Part shown: piece by piece, positions 50,735 through 64,000 of the stretch
How the letters are laid out: each line of letters opens with the position of its first letter
Numbering within the stretch: the first letter of the stretch is position 1
Program-made: the position numbers and the translations under genes
From: Lama guanicoe
Lineage: Eukaryota
Reading direction: 5' to 3'
DNA length: 64,000 bases
Assembly (NCBI GenBank): GCA_013239625.1
Contig: MU054122.1
Location: 1 to 64,000 of the forward strand
The notes under the pieces: generated by a model
The model's database searches: none
Told to the model about the DNA's origin: nothing
Seen by the model: the letters and a program-made list of their open reading frames with translations, nothing else

Positions 50735-53700
50735 AGGAATCTCTGTATCCAGACATGACAAGTAACTATACTAGACAAGCCCCTCCCCATAACAACTGTA
50801 ACACTGGACAAAATACATGAGGCACTGGACAATAGGCAGTCCAAGACTGTGATCTGTAAAGAAAGAAAATTCACCAGGCAGGACTCTTGATTTCCTTGGC
50901 TGTTTATCCAGGCAGAATTTTCTAAACGTAGCTGTTTGCTGAAGCCAAAGTAATGAATGGCAGTCCTGTTGAGCTGAGGAAGCAGGAATTGGGGTTCAGG
51001 CTTCCAAAAGAGCTAGAACTGCAGGGAAATGCTCCAGTGAGGAAGAAGTATTCAGAGAGGAGAACCAGACATCTGTGTAAATTTCCCTATGATTTCTTGC
51101 CAGAGCCTGGACTGGGCATATGTGAGGTAAGACTTCAAAAGTCATGCCGGAGAGTAGCTCCTAGTAGGCTGGAAGCAGAAACAAGATACTGGAGGCCAGA
51201 GCAGTGATGGCAGATTTGGGAGTTCTCTCCTAGCCAGAATGGGGTACCGCATTAAGACCTCGGGCATCCAGCTGAGATACCAGAAAGGCCATACCTTTCT
51301 GAGCAAAGACCATGATCAGGAGCAGGCCTTTTCTAGAGCTTCTCTACCAAAGTAGAAGTCTAAGTCTTGACAAGACCTGCAAGAGTGACCGAACTTAGAG
51401 GCTGAGACCTACCAAGTTAGAAGGGCTTAGGAGAAACACCTATACATCTTCACAAATATGCCTTAACAAATAAAAACTACAAACCTACAGTAGTACAAAG
51501 TAGTACAAAGCCATTACTGAATGGCCAGTAAGCTTCAGAGGGAGCTAAGAAAATCCAGAGTCTCTACAGCATATTTAGTGTAAAATTCACCATATTTAGT
51601 GTAAAACTCAAAAATCGCTATCTGTACAAGTAAATGGAGAAATATGAATCATAGCCAAGGAAAAAAAATGTGGTCAGTAGTGAAGAAAAATGTGACCATA
51701 GTCAGGGAAATACTAATCTTGGGACTTCAAGATGACCCAAATGTTGGATTAGCAGACAAAGACTTTGAAGCAACTATGAGAAATATGTTCAAAGACTTAA
51801 AGAAAGATATAGTTTCGATGAGTAAATAAGTAGGGAATCTTAGCAACAAAAAGGAAGCTCTTAAAGAGAACTACATGGAGACTCTGTAGCTTAAAAGTAT
51901 ACTGAGATTAAAAACATATCATGGGTAGGCCTAATAGAAAACTGGAAGCAGAAGGAAAAAGGAGAGTAAACTTGAAGACGTACTGATAGAAATTATTTAA
52001 CCTGAAGAGCAAAGAAAAATATCTGCAGAAAAATGAACGGAGGCTCAAAAACCTAAAAAAACAGAAATAGCAAATAGTCTAGCACACATGTAATTAAAGA
52101 CCCAGAAAGAGAAGAGAATGAGAATAAGAGAGAAAGAAAAAAGGAAAGAAAGAGAGAAAGAAAGTGGCACTAGAATTTTCCTAACTTTTATGAAAAACAT
52201 TAAATTTGCTACAAGGAGTTAAGTCAATCGTAAGACACTGAAAAGGAAAAAAGAAAACTGTTCTCATTCACAGATATGATTATCTATGTAAAATAACTAA
52301 GAAATACGCTAAAAAGTTACTAAAACTAATAACTGAGTTTAACAAGGTTATAGGATGCAAGATAATTATACAAAAATCAATTTAATTTACAAATATTATT
52401 CAAACTGGAAAATAAAATTTTAGATACCATTTACAACTGCATAAAAACATTAAACACTTGATAATAAATTTAATGGAAATAAACAAAAACTCTACAGAAA
52501 ACTTTAAAATATTATTGAAAGAAATTTCCTAATATTTGAATAAAATAGAGACGTAAAATATGTTAATGGATTGGAAGGTTCAACTTAAGATGCACTTGTC
52601 CCCAAATTCATCTATAATCAATATAATCTTTATCAAATTCCCAATAAGTTTGTATTTTTGTTTGTTTTTTGTTTTGTTTTGTCTTGCTTTTTAGTAAAAA
52701 TTGGAAAGGTGATTCTAAAATGTATATGGAAGTGTAAAAAGTCTAGCATAGCCAAAATAATTTTGCAACATCTGGATGATTTACACTTCCTGATTTTAAG
52801 ATACTCCATAAAATTACATAATATTAAGCAGTGGAGTCTACTGTCATAGGGGTAGAGATACAGATCAAAGGAATAGAACAGCCATTCCAGAAGCAGGTAC
52901 ACGGGCAACTGATTTTCAATAACAATGCAAAGGTAATTCAGTGCAAAAAGATGATTATTTTCAACAAGTAGTGCTTGAACAATTAAATACCATTTGCTAA
53001 ACAAACATAGTTGGATGCATAATTCACATTATATGAAAAATTAACTCAAAATTGATCATAAACAGATGTAAAATCTCACACTATAAAACTTGTAGAAGAA
53101 TGCACAGAAAATCCTCACAACTTCAGTAAGCACAGATTTCTCAGACAAAATCCAAAAAAGAAACACACTAACCATAGAAGAAAACTAGGACATATCAGAC
53201 TTCTGCTCCTCAAATGATACCGCTGAGAGAAATAAAAAGCCAGCTGCACACAATGAGAGAAAATACTCGCAATACATTTATCTGACCAAGGACATACTTA
53301 TATCCAGAACACATAATATGTGACAATAATAAGACAAATAACACACAAAAACGAACAAAATCATTTCACTGGACACTTCCCAAAAGAAGATACATGAATT
53401 GTCAGTAAGTATGCTAAAAAGTACTCAGCACTGTTAGTCACAAGAGTCTTGCAAATTAAAACAATAATGAGGCACAACTATGGAACTACTGGAGGCTAAA
53501 ATGAAAAGACTGACAATGCCAAGAGTTGGCAGAAAAAAAAGTGGAGGAAGTAGAATTCTCATTCATTGCAGGTGGGAAGGTAAAATGGTGTAACCACTTT
53601 GGGACAACGAAAGCTGGCAGTTTCTCATAATATTAAACAGCATTACTAGAAAATCAGAAATTCTACTTTTACGTATTTACCCAAGAGAACTAATACCGTA

Positions 53701-54170
53701 AGTCCACAAAAAACTTACACATCAATGTTCATAGCAGCAAATTTTCCAATAATAGCTAAAAACTGGAAACAAACCAACTATCCAAAAACAGGTGAATGGA
53801 TAATCAAATTAAGATATATCCACAGACTGGAAGGCTATTCAGTAATGAAAAGAAAAGAACTATTTGTAAATAGAATGACATGAACAAATTTCAGAAGCAT
53901 CATGTTAAATAAAAAAAAGTCAGACATAAAAGGATGCATCTTGTGTGTTCCCACTCCTGTCTGCATTCTAAACAAGCAAAACTAATGCACAGTGATAAGG
54001 ACAAGGTCTGTAGTTAGTTGCTGGGATGGAGGATGTGGACGGGTCCATCAAAGGATACCCCCTGAGATGATAAAAGTGTTCTGGGTGTTGAACAGAGAGG
54101 TGCTTACATGCATATACACATTTTGTTAAAACTACAAATGAATTTCACTTTATGAAATTATAAAATAGAA
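50735..54170 (+). mobile_element. Long decayed L1 (L1M/L1MC/ME type): 5' region, ORF1 remnant, ORF2 3' part and 3' UTR
   Basis: ORF1-like LADKDFEATMRNMFKDLKK (ORF 51644..51829); ORF2-like IGKVILKCIWKCKKSSIAKIIL...LHFLILRYSIKL (ORF 52658..52849); tgcaggtgggaaggtaaaatggtgtaaccactttgg; aactggaaacaaacc. Confidence 0.85.
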
Positions 54171-55689
54171 GTCTATGTTATATTAAAAGAAGTGAAAGTT
54201 CTCTGCAAAAGACACGTTGAATTTTCCAAAAGAAATCCAATAAATAATTCAGGTATTTAAATCAGAACAAATAAAATTATTTATTTTTTATTATAGAGAA
54301 ATAAAAAATATTTTTGAAGCTATACCTGCTATAAATATTAAATGATAGAACATTTACTATTAAGATTTGATTGTAGCTTTATGAGATTCACATATCTAAT
54401 TTTATAGAGAGACAAACAATTGTTCTCTGAATTTAATGTGTCTATTTCTTGAAAGGCTAGTAACTCCTCTAAACTAACACTGAAATCTGTACAGTGTTCA
54501 CATGTTTGTTCCCTGACAGTGTAAATTGCTCTTTGTAGAATAATATTGCTGTTGAGAAATAGCAGGCTTATACTCACAGGCAGGATACTGAGAATATGCT
54601 AGGCTCTGGCTTCCTCTTATGCTTTGCAAAAACCCACAAATAATTAAAATTGAATATATTCCCACCAAAGGATATTCATGTATTGCCATGATGCTTCTTA
54701 CTTCAACACAAAATGCAAACATAAAAAATGTCTTTTGTCTATATTTTATGCCGCCAAAGGGAAACTCATATCCAATGGCAGTTTGTCTTTGATTATGGTC
54801 TAACAACATTTACAAAGAGATGAAGAATAAAAGTAGATTTCTCCCATCCACTATGTTCAGCTGAACTAGCAGTGGAAAAGCTCGTCTCTACGGATCCAAG
54901 ACAGCTATTAGAAGGCCTCTCATAACTTTCTGAACAAAGTCAAAAAAAAAAAAAGGAAGAAAAGAGAAAAATACACAAATGTCTTCTGTGGACCACTACA
55001 AAATCACAAAACTATATTCTTCTAAAACTCACAAAGTGTATCTGCTTCTACTAAGCACTTTTAAATAAGGTTTAGTAATGTAGCATTCAGTTTGTTATCA
55101 AAGGGAAAATGCGAAACACGGATAATCCTCCAACTCAAAAGGCAATGATGATATCAGTCCCATATGATTTGGGTGCCAGGAACGGGAAACACTCATGCTG
55201 TGGACAGAAGAATGAATCTCCCCAGGAGACCCTAGATTACGGGCAACTGCCCCACCACTTCCCTGCTTTGCCTTGTGTGGTAACTTATGTGAGTATCCAG
55301 TTACATTAGTGATCAACCTATAGGCGGAGCTTCCTGAAGTCACTGATGAAGACGTCTTGTGTCTGCATAAATCCCTGTGGCCTCAGATCGTCTAGACATG
55401 TGCTAAATAAATAATCAGCCTCTACTGGCATATTTGGTTTAACATTCTTCAAAGTCAAGACTTGAAAGATAAAATTACAGATTCAATGTCTCCGTGAGGA
55501 AAGAAGCCTCCCTAACCAAAATCTAACGTTACCCTGAAATTTTTTGCTCGGCGGTCACAGTCATGGCTTTTTTTTTCCCCGTGCAGATGATCAATTCTAA
55601 CGAATATGGTGTAAGAGAAATCGGTAAAGCAGCTACTGTAAATCTGTATTTGGGTATCAGTAATTCTATCTTAAATCTGGCACATTCGT

Positions 55690-57140
55690 AGTGATTTACA
55701 GCTATTTTGTTAATTTTCACAGGAAATGTCTCACGTTTTTTTTCCCCCAACCGTGTGAAACAGTCAGGCATTATAATCTCCACTTTTTACAGAGGAACAC
55801 AGGAAGCATCTGAGTCTCCTGGAGATTAAGTTCTGAAAAATCACTTAGTTCAGACCTGGCAAAGGTGAGAGTCACACCCAAACCCTCCCTTTCCAAATCC
55901 TGTGCTGATAACCCCCGGTTTCTCTCAGTATGAAATGTCAATTTAGAAAAGAAGGTGAGTGGAAAACTAAGACTATCACAATTAAACGTTCTGCTTAGCA
56001 TTTTCATTCTAAGGACTAAGAAATACGAGAAATTAAATTGGAAATCTCCTGAGCTGGGGAGTGCTGCGGTATCCATATATACAAAGATATGAAAACATAC
56101 TGACTAATGAGAATGTGAATCTTTAAAAGATCAATAGACTTACTAAAAGTTCTTCCAGAGGGAAAATATCTGAATATTTCAGAGTAGGGAATACAGAATT
56201 CAAGCTGGATGGAAAGAATCAGAGAGGCTTGTGACTTGACCAAAGCACTTCAAGTTAGCAGCAAGGCCGGGACTAGAACCGTGGCTTCTGACTTGGTCTT
56301 CAGTTTTTCCTTCACCGTATCATAGAAAGTACTTTCCACCATGAGCAGTTACAGTGCAACCCACAATTATACCCCAGTTATAATTCTATAGCAATGCATG
56401 GGGCTAAGTAAGGCTTAACTTTCAGAGTCTCTGATAAACGGCAAACTTTCATTAGAACCACTGGAACTGCTTGGTGAAAACCTACCCTCGACTTACTTGA
56501 ATCAGAATTTCTGGGTGGGGTCCTGATACCTGAATTTGTGATGAGAAAAGCCCACTCAAGTTCCTGACGAACACTAGAGGTTGGGGACACTGCTCCACAG
56601 GTTTAAAGTTTTCCAATAAGGATACCCCTCTCCATTCATTTCCTCTAAAGAAATACTCATTTGCCCTTCTAGTAATCATTTCGTGACTTCTCGCTCCTAG
56701 ATGCCTCTTGTGGACTCATTCCAGGATGATTGATGAAAAACAGTACTAAACACCCACTGTTGGGTAGGTAGGAGCTCTGAGCTGGGAATGAGGAGGTTGG
56801 GAGAACCCACTTTTTAATCTACTATAGATGTGGTTCTGATGCCCCCTAACCGCTTCCCCAAACATCTGTAAAGCTCTTTTCTTAGCAAAACATATATACA
56901 GTCCACCATGGTTCTAGCATAGCTCCAAATGGAATGTTACCAGCCACACCATGTGCAGTTCATCTGGGGCATTTCTGAGAGCTAGTCCAGAAATGGTAAA
57001 ACAAATGGACTTGATGTTTGGACTGGATTGTTTGGATTTGGCTTCTAAACCAACTGGCTGTGTATTCTTGGGAGGATAAATTCAATCCTGGACTTCAACT
57101 TCCCTCGTTTGAAAAATAAGGTAATTGGGCTAGATTCGTG
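55690..57140. mobile_element. Cluster of MIR (~55700-55910, ~56190-56330, ~57020-57135) and MER5 (~56440-56590) remnants
   Basis: ctttttacagaggaacacagg; gtgacttgaccaaagcac...ggactagaacc; gacttacttgaatcagaatttctgggtgggg; cttccctcgtttgaaaaataagg. Confidence 0.55.
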
Positions 57141-58899
57141 TTCTGAACTTTCTGACACACCATAAACATACGCTTACATCAATCAGGCACACGCACAGAA
57201 AATTCAAACAGGTTTCATGAAGTGACGCCAAACTTTGCATGATAAGTTCTGATATTTTCCAGTCTATTCTTTTTTGTTCTATTCCCTACTTTTAAAAAAT
57301 GTACGTAGCAATCTAATAAGATAATTTCATGACCCACTAAGGAGTCACGACTGTCTCAATGTCTGGAAAACACTGGACTTGGTGTTACACAAGTTTTCAT
57401 CTAATATTAAAGTAGAAAAATGAGTAAAGTACATTTCTCTATTTTTTCTTATCCCTTTAAAGTCCCCTCTTGGCAGGATTATATTCATGTAGATGCAGCA
57501 GATGTTAACAGAAAATGAAATTGCAGTTTAAATTACTAAAGCTAACTAATCAATTATATTCTCTCAGAATTCAAATATTTTGTACTCTAAATTAGCAAAC
57601 ACTTAAAAGCTAGTTTCATAATAAGTTACTAAGAAATTCTGAAGAGTTTCTACCCAGGAACATTTTCTTGTTAGTTCTTTGTTTCCACTTCCCCAGGCAC
57701 ATCTGGATGAAGTCAGAAACAGAGATGAGGGAGGGAGTCAAAGTAATGACCAGGAGCCGATCTGTTTCCTCCCAAACACATATTTAGGGGCTGACATCAT
57801 ATCCCCACAGTATGAACTACAGATGGAAAAGTAACTGGATGCAAGTCAGAAAACCTAACCTTTATCAGATGAAGACGGGAAAGACTTCAGCAGAGAAACT
57901 CACACCTGTTGTGCTGAGGGACTAAAAATCAACAACCAAGTACTGTCATGATTGCTCTAAAAATAACTTTTGCTAGAGCAATCCAATAGGGTGAAGGCCA
58001 GTAATTGAGCTTCCCTTGACCCTCTTCCATGATATGTTTTGTTCTGCAGAAAATATCAAAAATAAGATGACAACTGGAAAAGAAGCACCCAACACCTCCC
58101 TGTTTCTGGGTGGGCAGCTCACTCAGACTGCAGGGCTATCCCACTGCCTGGCTGTCATCTGCCCAAGCCCTGCATCAGTCTCCTGAGTCCGGTCCCTACC
58201 TGCGCAGTCCTGCAGGGGTGCCCTCAACCATTCATGAGAGCCAATCACCCACGTCCTCATCTACAGGAAACCGAGACAGGCTCCAAAATGCTAAGTTGAG
58301 GGTGCCATAAGGCTTCCTGGGTCCAGCCGTCCGACTGCTATTTAGAATATTTGACAGCGGAGGTCAGACCGATGACATCATCCAGCAAAAGGGAGGCACA
58401 TGGCGACCAGCCAGGCTCAGCCCTGGGACGGAAAGCAAACACTCCCTGGTCTGTGATTTCAGCCCCTGTCTGGACCAAACAGAGCCACAGTAGTGATTAC
58501 CTCCCAGGGAGGCAGATTGGAGCATCTTTAGCGTTTGCCGCCTCAGAATCCTCTTCTCTTCTATCTCCTGTCTTGTCCTGTGTTCTCTTTGGTGGTCAGT
58601 TTCCGTCCAGCTTGATTTTTTCCTTTTTTCACAACCTACTTCTATTTTCCCTGTATCTTTTCTTTCTGAATTAAAATTTAACACCCCCCCACTAGAGCAC
58701 TCCTATTGCACTCGGGTCTTACTGCACTAGATATATTGCCTGACAAGCTAGTGTGCTATCAGCAGAGCTGCATTAGTCATTGCAGAAATATTATTGCATT
58801 TGTTACAAAGATTTCCACAATATTTTAGGAGGCCCCACCCACATCATATGTTATCTGAGTTACAGCTAGTTTATTCATGCAGCAAATTAAACTGGTATT

Positions 58900-59080
58900 C
58901 ATAGTTGATTAGAGCCAAAAGACATCTCAAAGATCATCAAATCCAATCCTTTAATTTTACAGATGAAGAAACTATGGCCCAGAGAGTTCAACTGATGTGC
59001 TCCAAATCCTACTCTAATATTCAGTTGTGACTTGGGCCAAACATACGAGACAGATGAAACCACAGGAGTATGAAAAAATG
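58900..59080 (-). mobile_element. MIR/MIR3 SINE
   Basis: agatcatcaaatccaatcctttaattttacagatgaagaaactatggcccagagagttcaactga. Confidence 0.7.
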
Positions 59081-60082
59081 TGCGCATACTATAATTTCTT
59101 GAGAAGGCAGTTCTGGTTACTGGATGTTAAAAATCTGAATGAAGTCCAGTGACTATGTCAATCGCATAACATAAGTTATTGTATTTGCTGGAGATTTAAT
59201 TTCCCAGGTGCTGGAGCTGAATAATGGACTGTCTCTGAGAGTGGGGCCCACCAGAGAGAAAGACGTATGATTTTTTTTCACACTCAGGGTTCTGGAGAAA
59301 ACTAAAGGCATGTTTCCAAAACACAGAACTCGAGCTATCACAGAGAACAGCCTGAAATGAAGAACAGAGGCCAGCCACTCTGAGAAGAAATAAACAGGAA
59401 ATTGGTAGGGACTCCAAGTGGAAGACTAATTTACCTTCTTTTTTTTTTTTTAATGGAGTGGGGGCTTTAAAAAATGAGTACCTGGGGATTTCTGGATGCA
59501 AGACTGTGTCAGAGGGCGCAACTCTGGCACAGGGGAAGGCTGTCAGGTTGTCCTGAAGGGAACGTCTGAGAATTGCATGCTTCTGGAACAATCCAAAGGT
59601 GTGAAACGCTTGAGAAGCCCGATCACCCCCGTATGCTTACAATGGGTAGTATTTTGGTTCATGAAATATTTTTCTAAATAGTAATGCGAAAGGAAAACCC
59701 AGACTCTTTAAAAAGGTATACATCCCAGGGAGGAACGTGAGTCTAAGGAAACATGACACTCTCGTAAACCCCACAGGCTTTGGGGCTGGGGGGCATCTCT
59801 GGTTAAAGTCTGACCTTCAAGACCCTGCTGCCAAAGGGTGTCTGTTTCCCACACTGCATTTGCAGAGAGCAACATCATGATGAGAATTAAGCAATGGGAA
59901 AAATACAATAAAAGGGATACATGCTGAAAAGGATCGGTTTCATTAGGTCAAATTTAGAAATGTATATTTTGGTAAGAAAGCTTTCATTTTCTGCCGTAGA
60001 ATTGCACGTAGTAGTTTCTTATTCTCATCTGTTGTTGTCCTTTTTCCAATTTCATAAAATAAGTGTTCAGTCTCTTCAGTAA

Positions 60083-60280
60083 CTTTCAATTTGGATAGAA
60101 TTTGAATCTCATAGAAAAGTTGCAAGAAAAAGCTCCCCAATTCCTTTTACCCAGATTTACTACATGTTTATGTTTGGCTCCCATTGCCTTCTTGCTCCTA
60201 AGAGCATAGTCTCTTACAAAACCACAGTGCAATTACCAAGATCAGAAAATTTGCCACTGATAAAATACTCTTATCTAGGC
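60083..60280 (-). mobile_element. L1MC-type 3' end fragment
   Basis: ctcatagaaaagttgcaagaa...ccttttacccagattt...aaccacagtgcaattaccaagatcagaaaattt. Confidence 0.6.
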
Positions 60281-60445
60281 ATTACTCTATATTTGATATG
60301 CAGGCACTGAAGTCATTGCATTTCATTCTAAATGCATTATGTCCATTACATTCATTACGTTCCCACAGATTTCGCCATGAAGTGTTCTCATAGCTTATTT
60401 TGTAATGGAGCAAACGAAACCAAGCATATAATGCTGTTCTGTTAC

Positions 60446-60576
60446 CTGACGATGTATCAATTGCTTCATAGTCTATTAAAAAGCCTTCATAAGCAAGGTC
60501 AGAGTCAGCCACAAATAGAAGCCTCAATGAGTTGGTACCACTGGTAAGAGAGGGTGGGATGGATTTTCCACAATAC
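60446..60576 (-). CDS. CUBN: Cubilin exon 22-equivalent (131 nt), C-terminal part of CUB5
   Basis: (R)YCGKSIPPSLTSGTNSLRLLFVADSDLAYEGFLIDYEAIDTSS, within ORF 60282..60638. Acceptor aatAG, donor GTaac; frame continues from exon 21. Confidence 0.96.
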
Positions 60577-60929
60577 CTATTTAAAACAAAGAAAGAACAC
60601 AGGTTGAAAACTTTTAGCACACTGAAATGATGGACCAAAAATTAGCACGTGTAAAAACAATAATAATAATATCCCCTATTAACCTTAAAAATCAAATATA
60701 TTTCAAGCACAAAACATTTACAAAGTTCCTAAAGATCAGCCAATTGATGATTACCTCCTTTAAATAGTTTTGTGGGTGTGTGCCTAACTATGTGATTTGT
60801 CCTATAAAAGAAGCTTAATGAAATTAGAAATGACAAGCTATAGCAGGTGACCATATAGCATATTAATGAACATATTAACAGAAATGTAATGAACACACTT
60901 ACACAATAAAGGGAAACCATGTATTATAA

Positions 60930-61130
60930 ACTCATAGAGTCAGCTCACTCCCTTAGAGGTTTTATGACTTTGAGTGGATCACTCAACCTCTATGCCTCAG
61001 TTTTCCCATCTGTAAAATGGGGGTGATGACTACCAACTTCATAGAGTTGCTTTGAGAATTTTATGAGTTAATACACTGTATATACACTAGAACAGTGCCT
61101 GGAATATTAAGCCTTGTATAGGTGGAATCT
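60930..61130 (+). mobile_element. MIR SINE
   Basis: cactcaacctctatgcctcagttttcccatctgtaaaatgggggtgatga...tagaacagtgcctgg. Confidence 0.8.
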
Positions 61131-61839
61131 ATCGCCTTTAAATCACGGTCCTATGCAGAGGTAGAGTCTGATTACTAAACCATGTCAAGGTTTTGCTGAA
61201 GAAAGTGATTTTACTCAGAATAACTACTCTAGTTAGGCTAAAAGTTTAACTGTAATAAAAGACATTATGTCATGAGATTTCATCTAGAGACACATTTGTA
61301 AGAATGACTAAGAAATAGAAATCTCAATTCAAAGGGCATGTGATAAAAGCAACCTAGTGGAATGATAGGCAAAAAAAAAGAAAGAAAGAAACCAAAATAA
61401 GAGGGAGAATTAAATATGGGAAATGGATGAGTTAATTTCTGAGGAAGAAAAAAATTTGGTGTATAATATAATTTAAGTCTTTAAAATAATTTAATATTTT
61501 GATTAAAACAAAGGGAGATGAATTAATTAATATTTTAAATGTCTCTCTACATGCCCAGCTCTGCCAAATTTGGACAAGATCATTGTAGTCTACGTCACTC
61601 AGCAAAGATTATATATTTTCAGTGATTATGAGTCAAGTACGATAAAAAAAAGAAAAAGAAAAAGAAAAAGAAAGAAATCTGAAAACTGAAAGATTAGGAC
61701 AAGAAAGCAAAAAGTAAAGAAGAAGAAACAACTAGGAGAAAAAATAAGTTTAAGGAAATAATGGGTAAAGTAAAAATTCTTTAAAAAATGGATGAGGGAA
61801 AAGAAATTGAAATGCAAAAAGAAGAAATAAAAAAAGAAA

Positions 61840-62930
61840 TAAGGAGATTTCTATTTCCAGCAAAGAGGTAATAACAGGGACTGGACTTACATAATCTTGT
61901 ATAAGAAACAGCTGAAAATCTGGACAGAATATATAAAACAATGGCTCTCAAGACATTGGATATGAAGCAGGGAAGGACAATGACTCTTCAGAGACAGCAG
62001 ACAAGTGAGTTTCAAAGCAGAACTGTAAATGATCAAACTATTTCCAAGTAACTCAACTGCATTCCAAAAAAAAGCTTAAGAATACTTATAGCAATACAAT
62101 GTCCAGTGCACAAACCCAAAATTGAAAATGTCTGGCATCCTACTAAGCATGAAAAGAAGGACAACGTATAACCTATAATGAGAAGAAACATTAATCATTC
62201 AAAGCATAGCAAGAAATGACACAAAGACTGAATTAGCAGACAAAGACACCAAAATAGTTTTAACTGTACCTCACCAATTTAAGAAGCTAGAAGAAAAAAA
62301 CAAAAAAACAAAAAAACGTGTAAAGACATGGACAATATAAAACATCACCCAAATTGAATTTCTAGAAATGAAAACTACAATGTCTAAGGTAAAAAATGCA
62401 TTTGGTAGGATTAACGGCAGAATGCACACTGTAAAAGAAAAGATGATTGCACTTGAATACAGAGTAACAGAAACTTTCCAAAATGAAATGCACAGAAAAC
62501 AAGGACTCAAAAATCAAATGAACAAAGTATTGATGAGTTGTGGGACAACAGCCAATGGCCTAAGATACATGTAATCTGAGTCCCAAGTGGAGGGGAAACA
62601 GAAAAAGCATTTCAAGAACTGACAACCAAAACTGTTTCAAATTTCTTAAAACTATAAACCCTCAGATCCAAGGAGCTCAACAAAATATGCTGAGAAAAGC
62701 CAGATGAAAAATGAGTACATACAGAATGATTCCACTTTTATGCAATCTCAGAACACGTGAACTAATTTACAGTGATAGAAAGCAGCTGAGTGGCTTCCCA
62801 GACGAGGATAAGGGTAGAAGTGAGGAATTGTAACAGGCAGGAAGAAGGCTTGGGGGTAATGCACATGTGCATTAGCTTGATTTTGGTGACGCCTTCATGG
62901 GTATATCCATATATCAGACTTAACTACTAT
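61840..62930 (+). mobile_element. Decayed L1: 5'/ORF1 fragment joined to a 3' UTR
   Basis: ORF1-like MKTTMSKVKNAFGRINGRMHTVKEKMIALEYRVTETFQNE (ORF 62368..62574); aaccctcagatccaaggagctcaacaaa; tgctgagaaaagccaga...tttacagtgatagaaagcag. Confidence 0.8.
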
Positions 62931-63101
62931 TGGCGAAGGCTACAGAGTAGCGAGTCATGATGTAGAAATGGTCATTGAGAAGTGTGTTGACCTCATCTGG
63001 TTTTTATAACACAACATGGTGGATTTTAACATCCTTCACTGAAGCAGGCATGCAAGAAAGCAAGTTTTTATGTTAAAAAGACAAAAACGAAATAGTATCA
63101 C

Positions 63102-63318
63102 CTCCCAAGAGATGTGTCAGACTCAGAGTCATAAATTTCCAGATAATCCTTGGTGCAATTGTAATGAAACTCCAGATGAAATTCCCTGAATATGAGGTGA
63201 ATCAAGTGACTAGGTTGGACTAGTATATGCCAGGTACAGTTGACACCATGTGGGTAGATATTTGGATGGCCAGGACTTTGAATGCTTCCTGTTGACTCTG
63301 TAAGAACTTGTCCACATG
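63102..63318 (-). CDS. CUBN: Cubilin exon 21-equivalent (217 nt), N-terminal part of CUB5
   Basis: Manual translation, absent from the ORF track: (A)[71 protein letters not shown](R). Acceptor ttaacAG at 63319-20, donor GTgata at 63100-01. Closely matches human CUB5 ([24 protein letters not shown]...). Confidence 0.96.
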
Positions 63319-64000
63319 CTGTTAAAATAAAAATAATAATGATTATTACAACAAGGAACTAACATGCTACCTGGAATGCCAACTAAAATAATCTGATCAT
63401 AACCTCTTAATAGGTCAAAAAGAAAAATGTTCCTTCTATGCCATTTAAGGTAACCTAGTTTTCCCCTTACTAATACATCAATTAATATGAGCTGATTAGG
63501 AGATATATTCTTTTCTTTACCTTTGAGTCTGCTTTAAAAGTTTTACAGTGTAGATGACCAAACATCTACAATGTCAATTCATTTTCTATAATCATTTATT
63601 TCTATTGTTCACTTCTCTGATACAAGCCCAAAAGGCAAAGTTGAGGAGTCAGTCTCTTACCCAAAGCTTCAGTACTAAATCTGGCCATGAAACCACGATT
63701 TTCAGCAGAAGAGCTTTTCACAAATATGACATGAAGAAAATTGTACACAGATGTTACAAGTGACGGTACGTCTGTGCCACAATACTTCTTATTTTCAGAA
63801 GAACCCAAAATGGAACTGCTACCAATCTAAGCAAAAAACAAACAAACAAACAAACAAAAAACACCCACATAGTTTTAAATGTATTTTGTGAGATATTTAT
63901 TTTGGAAAACTGCATCAAAAATTTTTTTTTCAAAAATGTTTTATTAATATGGTAAAAATCCATTTTAGAATATTTTAAGCACCCCAAAAGAAACTCCATA

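Noticed and set aside
6477..61634. Window-wide enrichment of AP-1 sites
   Set aside because: About ten TGASTCA seen in 64 kb is close to chance expectation for a 7-mer pair; only sites with neighbouring motifs were reported.
1..64000. A nested gene, processed pseudogene, tRNA/rRNA, numt or novel multi-gene system
   Set aside because: None could be supported. All convincing coding signal belongs to CUBN exons or L1 ORF remnants.

Overview
This window is mammalian genomic DNA, not prokaryotic. It holds nine consecutive coding exons of cubilin (CUBN) on the minus strand, matching human exons 21-29 as I recall their sizes. I read every exon by hand. All have AG/GT boundaries, and they splice into one open frame encoding CUB5, CUB6, CUB7, CUB8 and the first half of CUB9. 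CUB5-8 is the intrinsic factor-cobalamin binding region. Three exons (21, 24, 29) do not appear in their correct frame in the ORF track. The rest is intron, filled with L1, L2, MIR, MER5, MaLR and ERV1-type LTR remnants; family names come from recalled consensus motifs and repeat boundaries are approximate. Artiodactyl-type L1 tails without any pig, ruminant, cetacean or primate SINEs suggest a camelid (inference). I found no support for a new biological system. Best second looks: (1) a ~99% duplicate of intron 28 sequence next to the assembly gap, probably a false duplication; (2) a young 318-bp tandem duplication; (3) a local CpG/GC shift in exon 28 and part of intron 28, consistent with GC-biased gene conversion; (4) a CUB6 domain that keeps a cysteine pair absent from human CUB6; (5) a few candidate enhancer motif clusters in intron 27.
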